Of a stretch of 64,000 bases of DNA, positions 40,682 through 49,866 are shown piece by piece. A program made the translations under genes and the position numbers. The stretch lies in the IMG/VR virus record IMGVR_UViG_3300037512_001285, positions 1-64,000 of that record; one strand, written 5' to 3'. This DNA is from an uncultured virus (IMG/VR IMGVR_UViG_3300037512_001285) (lineage: Duplodnaviria; Heunggongvirae; Uroviricota; Caudoviricetes). A model generated the notes under the pieces. That model saw only the letters and a program-made list of their open reading frames with translations, was not told the DNA's origin and did no database searches. Each line of letters begins with the position of its first letter. Position 1 is the first letter of the stretch.

Positions 40682-40840
40682 TAGCATATCTTGGAGTCGA
40701 ACCAAGTATTTCCAGGGTAATCTTCCTGGCGAGCTTTGTGTCCGGTAGACCTTTATCCTAACAGAAAGAATTTATTTGCACTTCAACTCAATCCTGGATG
40801 TGGTTTCCACTTCTGTGTGTCTCCGACACTCTCATATGCC
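40682..40840 (-). ncRNA. tRNA-like RNA with long insert; possible mini-tmRNA
   Basis: Acceptor GGCATAT/ATATGCT, T arm, internal GCA-AAT...TAA frame. Confidence 0.45.
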
Positions 40841-40915
40841 GACAAGTCAGTGTGTATGCATCACCTCCTGAACTTGTGAAACAGGTTTATATGTATGACA
40901 ACTTCGCCTGTTTTG

Positions 40916-40992
40916 TCGGGGTGGAGGGATTTGAACCCCCGTGCAACCAGCTACGGTTTCGACAAGGTATAAGCTTGAGCCGATACACCCCG
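40916..40992 (-). ncRNA. Non-canonical tRNA-like RNA (TAT loop, rearranged arms)
   Basis: Acceptor CGGGGTG/CACCCCG, T arm, CAAG-CTTATAC-CTTG hairpin where the D arm should be. Confidence 0.55.
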
Positions 40993-40998
40993 AATGTG

Positions 40999-41074
40999 CT
41001 GGGATGAGAGGACTCGAACCTCCAACCGTCGACTTAACGGGCCGCTGCTCTCAACCAATTAAAGCTACATCCCA
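40999..41074 (-). tRNA. tRNA-Asn(GTT), C33 variant
   Basis: CGGC-CCGTTAA-GTCG. Confidence 0.75.
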
Positions 41075-41080
41075 ATATAG

Positions 41081-41207
41081 TGAATATGGTCGGATTCGAA
41101 CCAACATAGCCTGTTACTTCTCATCACCTCCCTTTAACATCGTCATGAAAGGTTCAAACGGAATATAGATTTTCTCCAGTAGCACATCCAATCTGCTTCA
41201 CATATTC
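41081..41207 (-). ncRNA. tRNA-like RNA with expanded anticodon arm
   Basis: Acceptor GAATATG/CATATTC, D and T arms intact; 127 nt. Confidence 0.55.
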
Positions 41208-41208
41208 G

Positions 41209-41286
41209 CGGCCCATAAGGGAGTCGAACCCTTCTTCTTACATACGCTGACGACGTAGTTCCACCTCACGGGTGGCCTAATGAGCC
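41209..41286 (-). ncRNA. Atypical tRNA-like RNA (GTC loop)
   Basis: Acceptor GGCTCAT/ATGGGCC, T arm, odd D hairpin CCACC/GGTGG. Confidence 0.5.
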
Positions 41287-41380
41287 ATTATTATAGACCG
41301 GGACTTACATTGTGCTACTCATGACTAACACCAACTATCTATTGATAGTGTCGGATTCAAACCGTACTCCTAACGCCAAG

Positions 41381-41453
41381 TAGACCCGGGGAGACTCGAA
41401 CTCCCATCACCCTGTTTAAGAGACAGGTGCATCAACCATTCTGCCACGAGTCC
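41381..41453 (-). tRNA. tRNA-Lys(CTT)
   Basis: CCTGT-CTCTTAA-ACAGG. Confidence 0.9.
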
Positions 41454-41539
41454 ATAGAATGCTCATCTAACCTTTAATTCAACTTTTACAACCAATTACC
41501 GGATGAGCCTGCAAGTTTTAGTCAACTATTCCTAGAAAG

Positions 41540-41617
41540 TGGTACTCCCAGAAGGACTCAAACCTTCAACCTTGTCCTTAGGACGGACCTGCTCTCGTTC
41601 AATTGAGCTATGGGAGC
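41540..41617 (-). tRNA. tRNA-Arg(CCT)
   Basis: GTCC-GTCCTAA-GGAC; CCA. Confidence 0.85.
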
Positions 41618-41629
41618 AAATGTTAAATC

Positions 41630-41686
41630 GCGAGAAGTAATAGTCAAAATAACTAGTTGTGTTTTCTTAATAGGAACTTCTTATGC
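41630..41686 (-). ncRNA. Minimal Y-RNA-like element D
   Basis: GCATAAGAAGTTCCTATT...TTACTTCTCGC with no tRNA domain. Confidence 0.5.
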
Positions 41687-41697
41687 AATTTCAATGT

Positions 41698-41937
41698 TTA
41701 TTCAGCTTTCTCGTCTTTCTTGGTCTTCTTGGGGAAGAGTTTCTTATAGAGAGTGTAGAATCCGAATCCCTCTACAGCAAGGTTAGCACCAGCAACCCAA
41801 CCATAGAAACTACCAATAGCACCAAGTGCAACTGCGTTCCATACTCCTGCTGCAGCGATCAATGCCGCGAAGCAAGCAAGTCCGAAACCAGCAACTTTTG
41901 CAAACTGAATCAATGTTTCTTTATTACTATCTGTCAT
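41698..41937 (-). CDS. Small two-TM membrane protein
   Basis: Hydrophobic helices, basic C-terminus. Confidence 0.7.
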   Translation of the reverse strand: MTDSNKETLIQFAKVAGFGLACFAALIAAAGVWNAVALGAIGSFYGWVAGANLAVEGFGFYTLYKKLFPKKTKKDEKAE

Positions 41938-41973
41938 AATCGATTATGTTTATTTATGAGATTGAGAATCTCG

Positions 41974-42056
41974 TGGGCAGGGAGGGATTCGAACCCCCGA
42001 AGGCGTCAGCCAACAGATTTACAGTCTGCCCGTTTTGACCACTTACCTACCTACCC
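41974..42056 (-). tRNA. tRNA-Tyr(GTA)
   Basis: GCAGA-CTGTAAA-TCTGT; long variable arm. Confidence 0.9.
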
Positions 42057-42205
42057 AAAATCGAATATCAAACTAACTTTCCTTATTTTGATGTATAGTC
42101 ACCTCAAAGGGTCCTCCTCAGAGACCGATCCAATGTCGGATTTCACTATATACTTTCCGTGTTGCGTCTGCCACCTTATTTGATATTCTTAATCTAAATT
42201 AATTA

Positions 42206-43309
42206 TTACTTTTTACTCTTTTGAAATCTCCCTAATTTCCATCCCTTGGATAAATATTCTTCTACTAATTCGATTTTAATGAATGTATTAATTTCATCTT
42301 TATTTACCCATCTCATATTTTTTCGTAAATTAGACATTTTTTTATTTTTCCAATGTCTTCCTTTATTTACCCCAACCAATTCGCCAGATAAATATTTTGG
42401 GTCATTTTTATCAATCATATATGTATTTCCATTAATATCTTTCACAGATATTTTTCCATTTATGGTTTTTCGTTTTGGTCTAAATAATTCACCCGATAAA
42501 TATCTTGGATCATTGGTTGATACAAAATATTTGTTTCCCTCTTTATCAACCGCAGATATTTTCCCTTTATTATAAGGGACTAATTCACCCGATAAATATT
42601 TTGGATCATTGGTTGATACAAAAAATGAATTGTTATTATTATCTACAACTTTCACTTTACCCTTAAAATAATTTGGTTGGGGGCTTTGTAACTTTTTTGT
42701 TCCATATATATATTTATCTGTTTTTCCTCTTTTGAACCCCAAATTTAAATAATGATTAAGATCGTCTTTATAAATAAATCTTATATCATTATTTTTATGA
42801 ATCCAACATCTATCACGATTTGATTCCAATATTTTTTCTTTATTAAAATGAACCTTTCTGCCTTTAATCCATCCATTAACCAGATATTTTTCTAATTCTC
42901 CTTTTTTGATAGATTTCGAAGTATCGTCTTTATATACCCAACACTTTCCGAATTGAGAATTTTTCTCTCCCTTTTGACTATCCTTATTTGATTTACTAAG
43001 TTTTTGTAAATCATTTTCTGTTAAGAAATACCCACCAATGGATAAATTATAGCAATTTGGATTGTTAATCAATTCTTCATTAACTATTTCTTTTTCGAGA
43101 TTTGATAATTCTTCAAGCGAATTACAAAATTGAACAATTTCTTTTGTAAAATTTTCTATACCATATTTTACATATGCATCTTGAAGCCTTTTTCCAGACC
43201 CCATATATCCATCATTCAAATTATTTGTAGAATGAATCCCATAATAAAAATGTCCATTAATATTATTTGTTATTTTATATAAATAGTAATATTTTTTGTT
43301 AAAATCCAT
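42206..43309 (-). CDS. GIY-YIG (Seg-like) homing endonuclease
   Basis: YLYKITN..NG.FYYGIH, YMGSG; C-terminal NDP.YLSGEL repeats. Confidence 0.85.
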   Translation of the reverse strand: MDFNKKYYYLYKITNNINGHFYYGIHSTNNLNDGYMGSGKRLQDAYVKYGIENFTKEIVQFCNSLEELSNLEKEIVNEELINNPNCYNLSIGGYFLTENDLQKLSKSNKDSQKGEKNSQFGKCWVYKDDTSKSIKKGELEKYLVNGWIKGRKVHFNKEKILESNRDRCWIHKNNDIRFIYKDDLNHYLNLGFKRGKTDKYIYGTKKLQSPQPNYFKGKVKVVDNNNNSFFVSTNDPKYLSGELVPYNKGKISAVDKEGNKYFVSTNDPRYLSGELFRPKRKTINGKISVKDINGNTYMIDKNDPKYLSGELVGVNKGRHWKNKKMSNLRKNMRWVNKDEINTFIKIELVEEYLSKGWKLGRFQKSKK

Positions 43310-43388
43310 AATCCTAAAATTGTTTTGTGGGTATTTAACTAAATAATAATAAAATAATTACAATTAATTTAACAAATAATTAAATGTG

Positions 43389-43471
43389 TGGTCCTGGGGG
43401 GAGTTGCACCCCCACACCCATATGAGTAAGGGTTTTTAAGACCCTTGTGTCTACTATTCCACCACAAGACC
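43389..43471 (-). tRNA. tRNA-Leu(TAA)
   Basis: AGGGT-CTTAAAA-ACCCT; long variable arm. Confidence 0.85.
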
Positions 43472-43518
43472 ATTAAATTGTTATCTCAAATAATATGAGT
43501 TAACTCATTGATTATTAG

Positions 43519-43592
43519 TCTGGTAGGAGAGATTCGAACTCCCGAAATCTTGGTCCCAAACCAAGCCCCTTAGACCGCTCGGACACTACCAG
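43519..43592 (-). tRNA. tRNA-Pro(TGG)
   Basis: CTTGG-TTTGGGA-CCAAG. Confidence 0.85.
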
Positions 43593-43749
43593 ATAGAGTA
43601 AAAAGAAGAATAATTCTTTCCAAGTCAACGCGTGTACATCGAATGATCATCAGATCCCTCTTTATCTGAATTGCAGCCGCAGTATAAATGCGGTTCGGAA
43701 GGAGAATCATTCCGATTCTTTATCCAACCTATATTGCGAGGATTCTTCT

Positions 43750-44691
43750 TTATTTTTCATATAATGAAATAAAATCCTTTCCATATTTGTTTTTAACATA
43801 ATCTATATATGGTTTAATTTCATTTTCATCAATTATCTTAATATTGTTTTCTTTACAACATTTTTCTTTTTCGACCCAACTCCTATCCTTGAATCCTTTA
43901 ATTTCAACCAATTGATTTTCATTGATAATAAAATCTGGGGTGTATGTATGTGTTGTTCCATTATATTTATAATTAAAACGAACTTTACATCGTTTAATTG
44001 GGATATCATGTTCAATACAATATACTAAATAAGCCAATTCCCACGAACTGTCACAATGAATACCATTATAATATCCCATAATTCCTTTGCACGGAATTTT
44101 TCCTTCTTCTCTTAATTTAGACATCGAAATGCTTAATTTTAATCTGGATTGTTTTGTGTCGTTTTTTTTATCATCCCAAAAAGAAATTAATTCACCCGAT
44201 TCAAATTTTTCTCTAATTGTATTAGTTGATTTATCATAAATTTTCTTTATATATTCTTGAGAAAAATTATCCCAGCCAGCCATTGTATGATTTAATTCAT
44301 GCGGTCTCTTTTTTATTTCAGTTCCAAGACAATTATGATGATATTTACAATGAGATAAATGAGCATTAAGAGATTGAGGATTATCAAATTCTCTTCCACA
44401 TTCACATTTGTATAAATTTTCTGATATTTTATATTTTGATTGTTTGTGTTCAAAATGATAATCTTTGCAATGACCATGATGACTCCTTAAAGAATTATAA
44501 GTCTTAAATTTTCTATGACAACATTCGCATTCAAATTCAAAATCACCATATTCTTTTATCTCTTGTAGTTTTTTATTTTTTCGTTCTTCCAAAATCCCCG
44601 GACATTTATGCGCGTTATACGCATTAATGCTCTTAAATTCTCGCCCACAATATTTACATATTATCTTATTCATAATTAAATAATAAAGCAA
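43750..44691 (-). CDS. Putative homing endonuclease (Zn fingers + TnsA-like PD-(D/E)xK)
   Basis: Three C..C....H-C fingers; DSSWE...YTPDF...EIKG; start probably 44673. Confidence 0.75.
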   Translation of the reverse strand: MLYYLIMNKIICKYCGREFKSINAYNAHKCPGILEERKNKKLQEIKEYGDFEFECECCHRKFKTYNSLRSHHGHCKDYHFEHKQSKYKISENLYKCECGREFDNPQSLNAHLSHCKYHHNCLGTEIKKRPHELNHTMAGWDNFSQEYIKKIYDKSTNTIREKFESGELISFWDDKKNDTKQSRLKLSISMSKLREEGKIPCKGIMGYYNGIHCDSSWELAYLVYCIEHDIPIKRCKVRFNYKYNGTTHTYTPDFIINENQLVEIKGFKDRSWVEKEKCCKENNIKIIDENEIKPYIDYVKNKYGKDFISLYEK

Positions 44692-44719
44692 ATTTGGAGA
44701 ATTTGGTAGACTATAGCTG

Positions 44720-44804
44720 TAGGGAAGGTGGGACTCGAACCCACATGGGACCTGCCCACTGGTTCCTTAGACCAGCCTGTATACCAAAATTCCAGCACTT
44801 CCCC
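44720..44804 (-). tRNA. tRNA-Leu(AAG)
   Basis: CTGGT-CTAAGGA-ACCAG; long variable arm. Confidence 0.85.
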
Positions 44805-44813
44805 GACTTTTTG

Positions 44814-44888
44814 TAGCGCTAGCGGAGCTCGAATCCGCAATCTTTACCTTGAGAGGGTAATGTCCTCAACCAATTAGACGATAGCGCC
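44814..44888 (-). tRNA. tRNA-Glu(CTC)
   Basis: TTACC-CTCTCAA-GGTAA. Confidence 0.9.
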
Positions 44889-45152
44889 ATACTAAAAAAT
44901 AACAATCGTCAGACCTCGACCATATATTTAGAATTAAGTCGACATCATCTCCATATATCTCCAAGTATCGAACATCAGTTCCTTGTAATCCCGGAAATAC
45001 TATTACATCTAAAAAATCCCGGGTGGATTTCATTTTTACATAATATTTATTTTACTCTTACTTTACTCCTGTACATCTTGTTGGTAAAATAAATATTTAA
45101 TTTGATTTATTAATATTTATTAATACATAATCATTACAAGGACGATTGTTAA

Positions 45153-45228
45153 TGGTAGCCCGTGGGGGACTTGAACCCACCGCCTCTGCCTTGAAAGGGC
45201 AGCGTGTTTGCCACTTCACTAACGGGCC
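45153..45228 (-). tRNA. tRNA-Glu(TTC)
   Basis: CTGCC-CTTTCAA-GGCAG; CCA. Confidence 0.9.
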
Positions 45229-45605
45229 GTATGCGCCGGGTGTTTTTGACCGAGCCCAGCATCTCGGGACTGAACTGTTAACGCTACAGTCATCCAACGA
45301 CCTTTCCATAGTCCACTTGCTTTCCCTCCGTTCTCAAACCGAACATCTCTGGTACTCACCTTCAATAGCTATAACGTGCAGGTCCTGTAACCGTCGTCGA
45401 AACGAACCTGATTATAACCAGTAGGTCTTTAGCCGGTTACTATAACCACCAGGAGTGCGTTTAAGACCTACAAACACTTACACATCTCTCTGATGAATAT
45501 ACTGTCCAAATATTATAAGATAAGACAATCACAGAACGTATATCAGATTCCTTTTGAGTCATGTGCTTTTATTGCGACTCGGTAAGGTTGAATGCATAAA
45601 CTGCG

Positions 45606-45678
45606 TGGACCTGGGCGGGATCGAACCACCGACGCAAGGATCTTCAGTCCTTCGCTCTACCAACTGAGCTACAGGTCC
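45606..45678 (-). tRNA. tRNA-Phe(GAA)
   Basis: AAGGA-CTGAAGA-TCCTT. Confidence 0.92.
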
Positions 45679-45979
45679 ATAGAGCCAAGACATTACTGCC
45701 CTGGCGAGTACCTCCCCACTGGAGGCACACCCTATAAGGCCTATCCCTACAAGGATTTCTTTTCAGCTCCTCTCCAAGCAGTCTTCACAGATACCACCCA
45801 AAGAGGTTTTTTACTCATATTATATTTCTTTCAGACTTGTCAATGAACTAGATATCTACTTGTGCTGAGCGCCAGCCTCGGACGTTTCCTGTTCCTCCTC
45901 CACTTTCAATATCTCTTACAGATTATATATACTAAACTCACATCGAACATTTAGTGATTTTCTTATATATTTTCTCTTG

Positions 45980-46052
45980 TGACCCCAGTGAGACTCGAAC
46001 TCACGATCCACTCTTTAAAGGAGAGTTGCTTTACCAGCTCAGCTATGAGGTC
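45980..46052 (-). tRNA. tRNA-Lys(TTT), intronless, C33
   Basis: ACTCT-CCTTTAA-AGAGT; same acceptor stem as the intron-containing copy. Confidence 0.8.
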
Positions 46053-46139
46053 ATAGTATTTCACTGACCTCATGGTGAGATCAGCACTTAATTATGTTTT
46101 CGTTTAATCTGTATCATATCTTCTTTTAATCTTATCTTG

Positions 46140-46216
46140 TATGGTAGACGAGACTCGAACTCGCATAAATGTCTGCATCCCAAATGCAGCCGGTGAACCA
46201 ATTACCGTACTACCAT
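46140..46216 (-). tRNA. tRNA-Pro(TGG), second copy
   Basis: CTGCA-TTTGGGA-TGCAG. Confidence 0.85.
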
Positions 46217-46451
46217 ATGTAAATAAAAAAATCTCAAGTGCTACTTTTCTTTTGCACCTGAGATTCTCTTTCTCCTAACGTCTTTCTATCACTTCATCAT
46301 CTCGTACGGTGCATATACTACCTTTCCTCGTCTTTGAGTTGATCAAAGAGGGCAACGGGTAAATATGCATTATACTTTCTCATGATAGATTTATGTTCTG
46401 TAATTAAAATAATAAGGAGTTTCTAAAAATTTAACAACGCTACAAATTTTT

Positions 46452-47264
46452 TTACATCCCTGTATCAAACTGCTCGGGAACGAACCTTACAACGAACCTC
46501 ACTCTATTGTCAAAGTCATCTGGACTAGCAGACTCACATACCCGCATCTCGTATTCGAATCCACCCGTCCCACTATAGTAGTGGTCCTGGTCTCCGTGTT
46601 CGAGAACCCAATCTTCCATACGCTTGATCATATCATAGACGTGTCTTTTGATAGCATAAATAGTAGGTACTTTATTCTCATATTCATTTCCCAATGAGTC
46701 CTCCCACTTAAACCACTTCCAATCAAGACACCTCATTACCTTATGAATCTTCGTCCAGTCCATATACAACATACACTCATCCACCTGATCGCGGAACTGC
46801 TTATATGAGCGTGGATCGGTAAGGAACTCCTTGAGTGTGGTCTTCTGTGGTACTCCGTCAAGCACTTCTTTGACAAACTCCTTCTTATTCTCCACTTCAG
46901 TGGAGACTGGCTCAAGCGTATCTGGGTCCATCTCTACTGTCTTCAATGTCTTTAGGTCAACGGTGGACACCAACCCACCAAGAAGTTTATCATTAAGGAA
47001 GTTCTGAAGGCAATACAAGAACAAGGACTTTTCCTTTTCATATACATCTTCTAATGTCTCATATCCTTTACAGTCAAAGAATGGATGCTTGAGCACCTCT
47101 TCTGTAAACTCTTCTATATTGTCTTTAAGAGCCTTGTAGTAGTCATCCGCAGTCCATCTGTCTAGGAGACCCGGGGTTCCGTCTGGTCCCACCGGCGCAA
47201 CCATCATCTTGTATTCTTTACAGATGTGCTTGAGAAAGTCTTCGAATTCTTTCGTTATAATCAT
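46452..47264 (-). CDS. Hypothetical protein
   Basis: 270 aa; DW.KIHKVM..LDWKW, TGGF. Confidence 0.75.
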   Translation of the reverse strand: MIITKEFEDFLKHICKEYKMMVAPVGPDGTPGLLDRWTADDYYKALKDNIEEFTEEVLKHPFFDCKGYETLEDVYEKEKSLFLYCLQNFLNDKLLGGLVSTVDLKTLKTVEMDPDTLEPVSTEVENKKEFVKEVLDGVPQKTTLKEFLTDPRSYKQFRDQVDECMLYMDWTKIHKVMRCLDWKWFKWEDSLGNEYENKVPTIYAIKRHVYDMIKRMEDWVLEHGDQDHYYSGTGGFEYEMRVCESASPDDFDNRVRFVVRFVPEQFDTGM

Positions 47265-47355
47265 ATCATTTATATTTTAATTAATTAAGTATTCCAATAA
47301 AGAATATCATCATAATCGGGCAAATTATCCATTTTATAATTGGTTAGGGGTTTAA

Positions 47356-47985
47356 TTAATATATTACTTGCTTGTTTAGTTTGTTTAAGATGTCGCGTAT
47401 CTCAACCGGATAATAGTCATTGTTATCTACTCCGACATCATATGTAAGACCCGGTTTAAGTATCAAGTCAAATCCTGGCTGGTCTACCTCACTCCTTACT
47501 CTCGGTCCACTATGGATATGACCGTGAAGGTTAAGTGTCCCTCTCCGAAAGTGTGGCCAGGTCGCAAGCGGGAAGTGACTGAGCATCAGTTCGTGTTCAC
47601 GAGATGGTTTATCTTCATCAATCCCACTCACAAAGATCATTGCTGTATCGGATATCAGGTCTACCCTATCCATCTTCTTCACTAACTTAAACTGATCGTC
47701 CGTGTCGTGATTGCCTGGAAGGATAAATATGTGTCCTCCGCGCAATTCATCTATCTTCTTTTTCACAGCCACCGGGTCTTTCCTCCAACAGAAGTCTCCA
47801 AGCACAAACACAACGTCGTCATCCCCCACCACTTCGTTCCACCTATCAGTCAAGGCCTTATTCATATCTTTGATATCACCCCAAGGCCTGTTACAGAACC
47901 TCACTACGTTGACATGGTCGAAGTGCTGATCGCTAGTGAACCAACACCTTGCTCCAGGCTGTAGTCTTATATGAATTCTGTCCAT
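47356..47985 (-). CDS. Calcineurin-like metallophosphoesterase
   Basis: FTSDQHF.H, GDF, GNHD, HGHIH, DVGVD. Confidence 0.9.
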   Translation of the reverse strand: MDRIHIRLQPGARCWFTSDQHFDHVNVVRFCNRPWGDIKDMNKALTDRWNEVVGDDDVVFVLGDFCWRKDPVAVKKKIDELRGGHIFILPGNHDTDDQFKLVKKMDRVDLISDTAMIFVSGIDEDKPSREHELMLSHFPLATWPHFRRGTLNLHGHIHSGPRVRSEVDQPGFDLILKPGLTYDVGVDNNDYYPVEIRDILNKLNKQVIY

Positions 47986-48141
47986 AGGTCTACTTAATTA
48001 ACTTCTTTACTTTCTCTCTATCAAACTCCACTACGGCGCCTGTCCTTTTATTCTTACAGACAAACATACCTTCTTTCACATCGACTATCATCCAATGTTC
48101 TTTGTTGTATGTGAATGCTTCACCAATTCCTATTTGCATAC

Positions 48142-48732
48142 TCATAATATTTCTAATTTAATTTTACTCAATTTCTCTCCCCACTTGATAATCATCTTTT
48201 TAAACCAACTGCATTTAATCCTAGTCTTGAATATACTAACGATCATCTTATCATGTCCAAACGCTGTCCCGTTAGCATATAATTCGGGTCTTGCAATGAT
48301 GTCTTTCACTGTCCACAATCCAATGTCATCTACCTCATCTTTCTCACCATTACAATTCCTCTTATCAAGTTTCCTTACTATCTCCATCGCGGAGTTTACC
48401 TTTATCACACCATAGAACGAACACACAACATTCTGAGCCTTGGAATGGGGATTTGTTGATATGGATGCGAGTGTCAATGGTCCATCAAACCTCACTCCTG
48501 TCTCTTCGTAGCACTCTCTCCTTGCGGCTTCTTCAAGTGTCTCGTCAAAGTCCAGGTACCCACCAGGAACATTCCATTTTCCTACAGCGGACGGACATCC
48601 GGGCCCTCGTTTAGAAACCAGGATGAACCATTCCTTAAGGTTCTTATCATATATATACAGATACATCGAACAGGCAACTGATCGACTGTACCAATAGGTC
48701 TTGCCCTCGTGTTCGAAAGGAAAGTTCTTCAT
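48142..48732 (-). CDS. Nudix hydrolase
   Basis: Nudix box GGYLDFDETLEEAARRECYEETG. Confidence 0.9.
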   Translation of the reverse strand: MKNFPFEHEGKTYWYSRSVACSMYLYIYDKNLKEWFILVSKRGPGCPSAVGKWNVPGGYLDFDETLEEAARRECYEETGVRFDGPLTLASISTNPHSKAQNVVCSFYGVIKVNSAMEIVRKLDKRNCNGEKDEVDDIGLWTVKDIIARPELYANGTAFGHDKMIVSIFKTRIKCSWFKKMIIKWGEKLSKIKLEIL

Positions 48733-48873
48733 CGACTTGCTCCTTTTACTTGTAAACAATCCGGATAGTTATAATATACTTTTACCTCAGCATCATCAGC
48801 ATCTCTTGCTTCAACTGTTACTGCCTTGGTCTGACCATCAATGGTCTCATAAACTACTCTAAATTTTTCCATA

Positions 48874-49206
48874 TTAATTATTTAATGTTTTTGGCCATTC
48901 AATACCTTTATCCACATAACGTTGATAATCTTTATCAGCAATGGATTTCTGCCTATTATAATATTTCAAAGCATCCTTGTATGTTTTAATATGAGATAAT
49001 TCTTCTTTATACCTTTCTGGATCATAGCAAGGATTTAATTCCCCAACACATTCATGCAAGAATTGTCTCCATGGATTCTTAAACGTCCTATCCCACCAAG
49101 TCATTTCTTCCGGTCGGATCCTCCAATAGATGTATCTATACTCAGAACCACACGTTTCATAACAAAACTGAACTTTACACTTGCTATAATCTCGTTTATA
49201 TTTCAT
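48874..49206 (-). CDS. Hypothetical protein
   Basis: ORF in operon. Confidence 0.65.
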   Translation of the reverse strand: MKYKRDYSKCKVQFCYETCGSEYRYIYWRIRPEEMTWWDRTFKNPWRQFLHECVGELNPCYDPERYKEELSHIKTYKDALKYYNRQKSIADKDYQRYVDKGIEWPKTLNN

Positions 49207-49207
49207 A

Positions 49208-49822
49208 TTACTTAAGGTGTTTTTTGATGTCTTTAATTTTTGTACGGAAATCTTCCATCATCCCTTCAATCTCACTCACATCCTTTCCCTTCTTCTTCCA
49301 ATCGCTCTTTTTGACGGAAAGGTTACTAAGTCTCCTTTTGAGATCTTCGAGATTCTTTTCGCTATACCACTCCTTCTCAAATTCTTTGTTTTTACGCGCG
49401 ATCTCGGCCTGAATAATAGTATTACTCATCTTTTCGGTTTCTTTTGAAATTTGCGCGGTTTTTGTCTCATTAATCACAGCTTTCCTGACCGTTTGCTTCT
49501 TTGCGTCTTTTCTCCGCGCGCGCGGCTTCTTAATCAACCCTTCATCAAAGATATAATCTAGACTCTGTCCAAAGACCTCGTGCCAGTTCCAATCCCGCTC
49601 TTTCTCATTCCATCCATCATGGATAGTAAGTACTTTGACCTTCTGCCCGCCAATCCATATATCCATCAGGGTGGTGCCATCGGCCTTCGTCTCAACTCCA
49701 CCTTCAAACCCGCCCCACTGACTGAGCTTCGCCCAGGCATCACTCCATGTGATGTTCTTACTTACACCAGGTTCAACCGCATTGACCAAGGACCAAATTT
49801 TTGCACTTACTTTTCTATCCAT
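49208..49822 (-). CDS. Hypothetical basic protein
   Basis: 204-aa ORF. Confidence 0.7.
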   Translation of the reverse strand: MDRKVSAKIWSLVNAVEPGVSKNITWSDAWAKLSQWGGFEGGVETKADGTTLMDIWIGGQKVKVLTIHDGWNEKERDWNWHEVFGQSLDYIFDEGLIKKPRARRKDAKKQTVRKAVINETKTAQISKETEKMSNTIIQAEIARKNKEFEKEWYSEKNLEDLKRRLSNLSVKKSDWKKKGKDVSEIEGMMEDFRTKIKDIKKHLK

Positions 49823-49866
49823 ATCTTTATCTGTTTGTATTTAATTAACAAAAAAGGTTCAGATCT

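Noticed and set aside
36910..45846. Short ORFs overlapping tRNAs (36910, 38214, 39966, 41683, 45146, 45592 and others)
   Set aside because: They are explained by RNA genes
45980..46052. Reading this tRNA as an ochre (TTA) suppressor
   Set aside because: Canonical spacing and a perfect stem give TTT; the TTA register needs a mismatch
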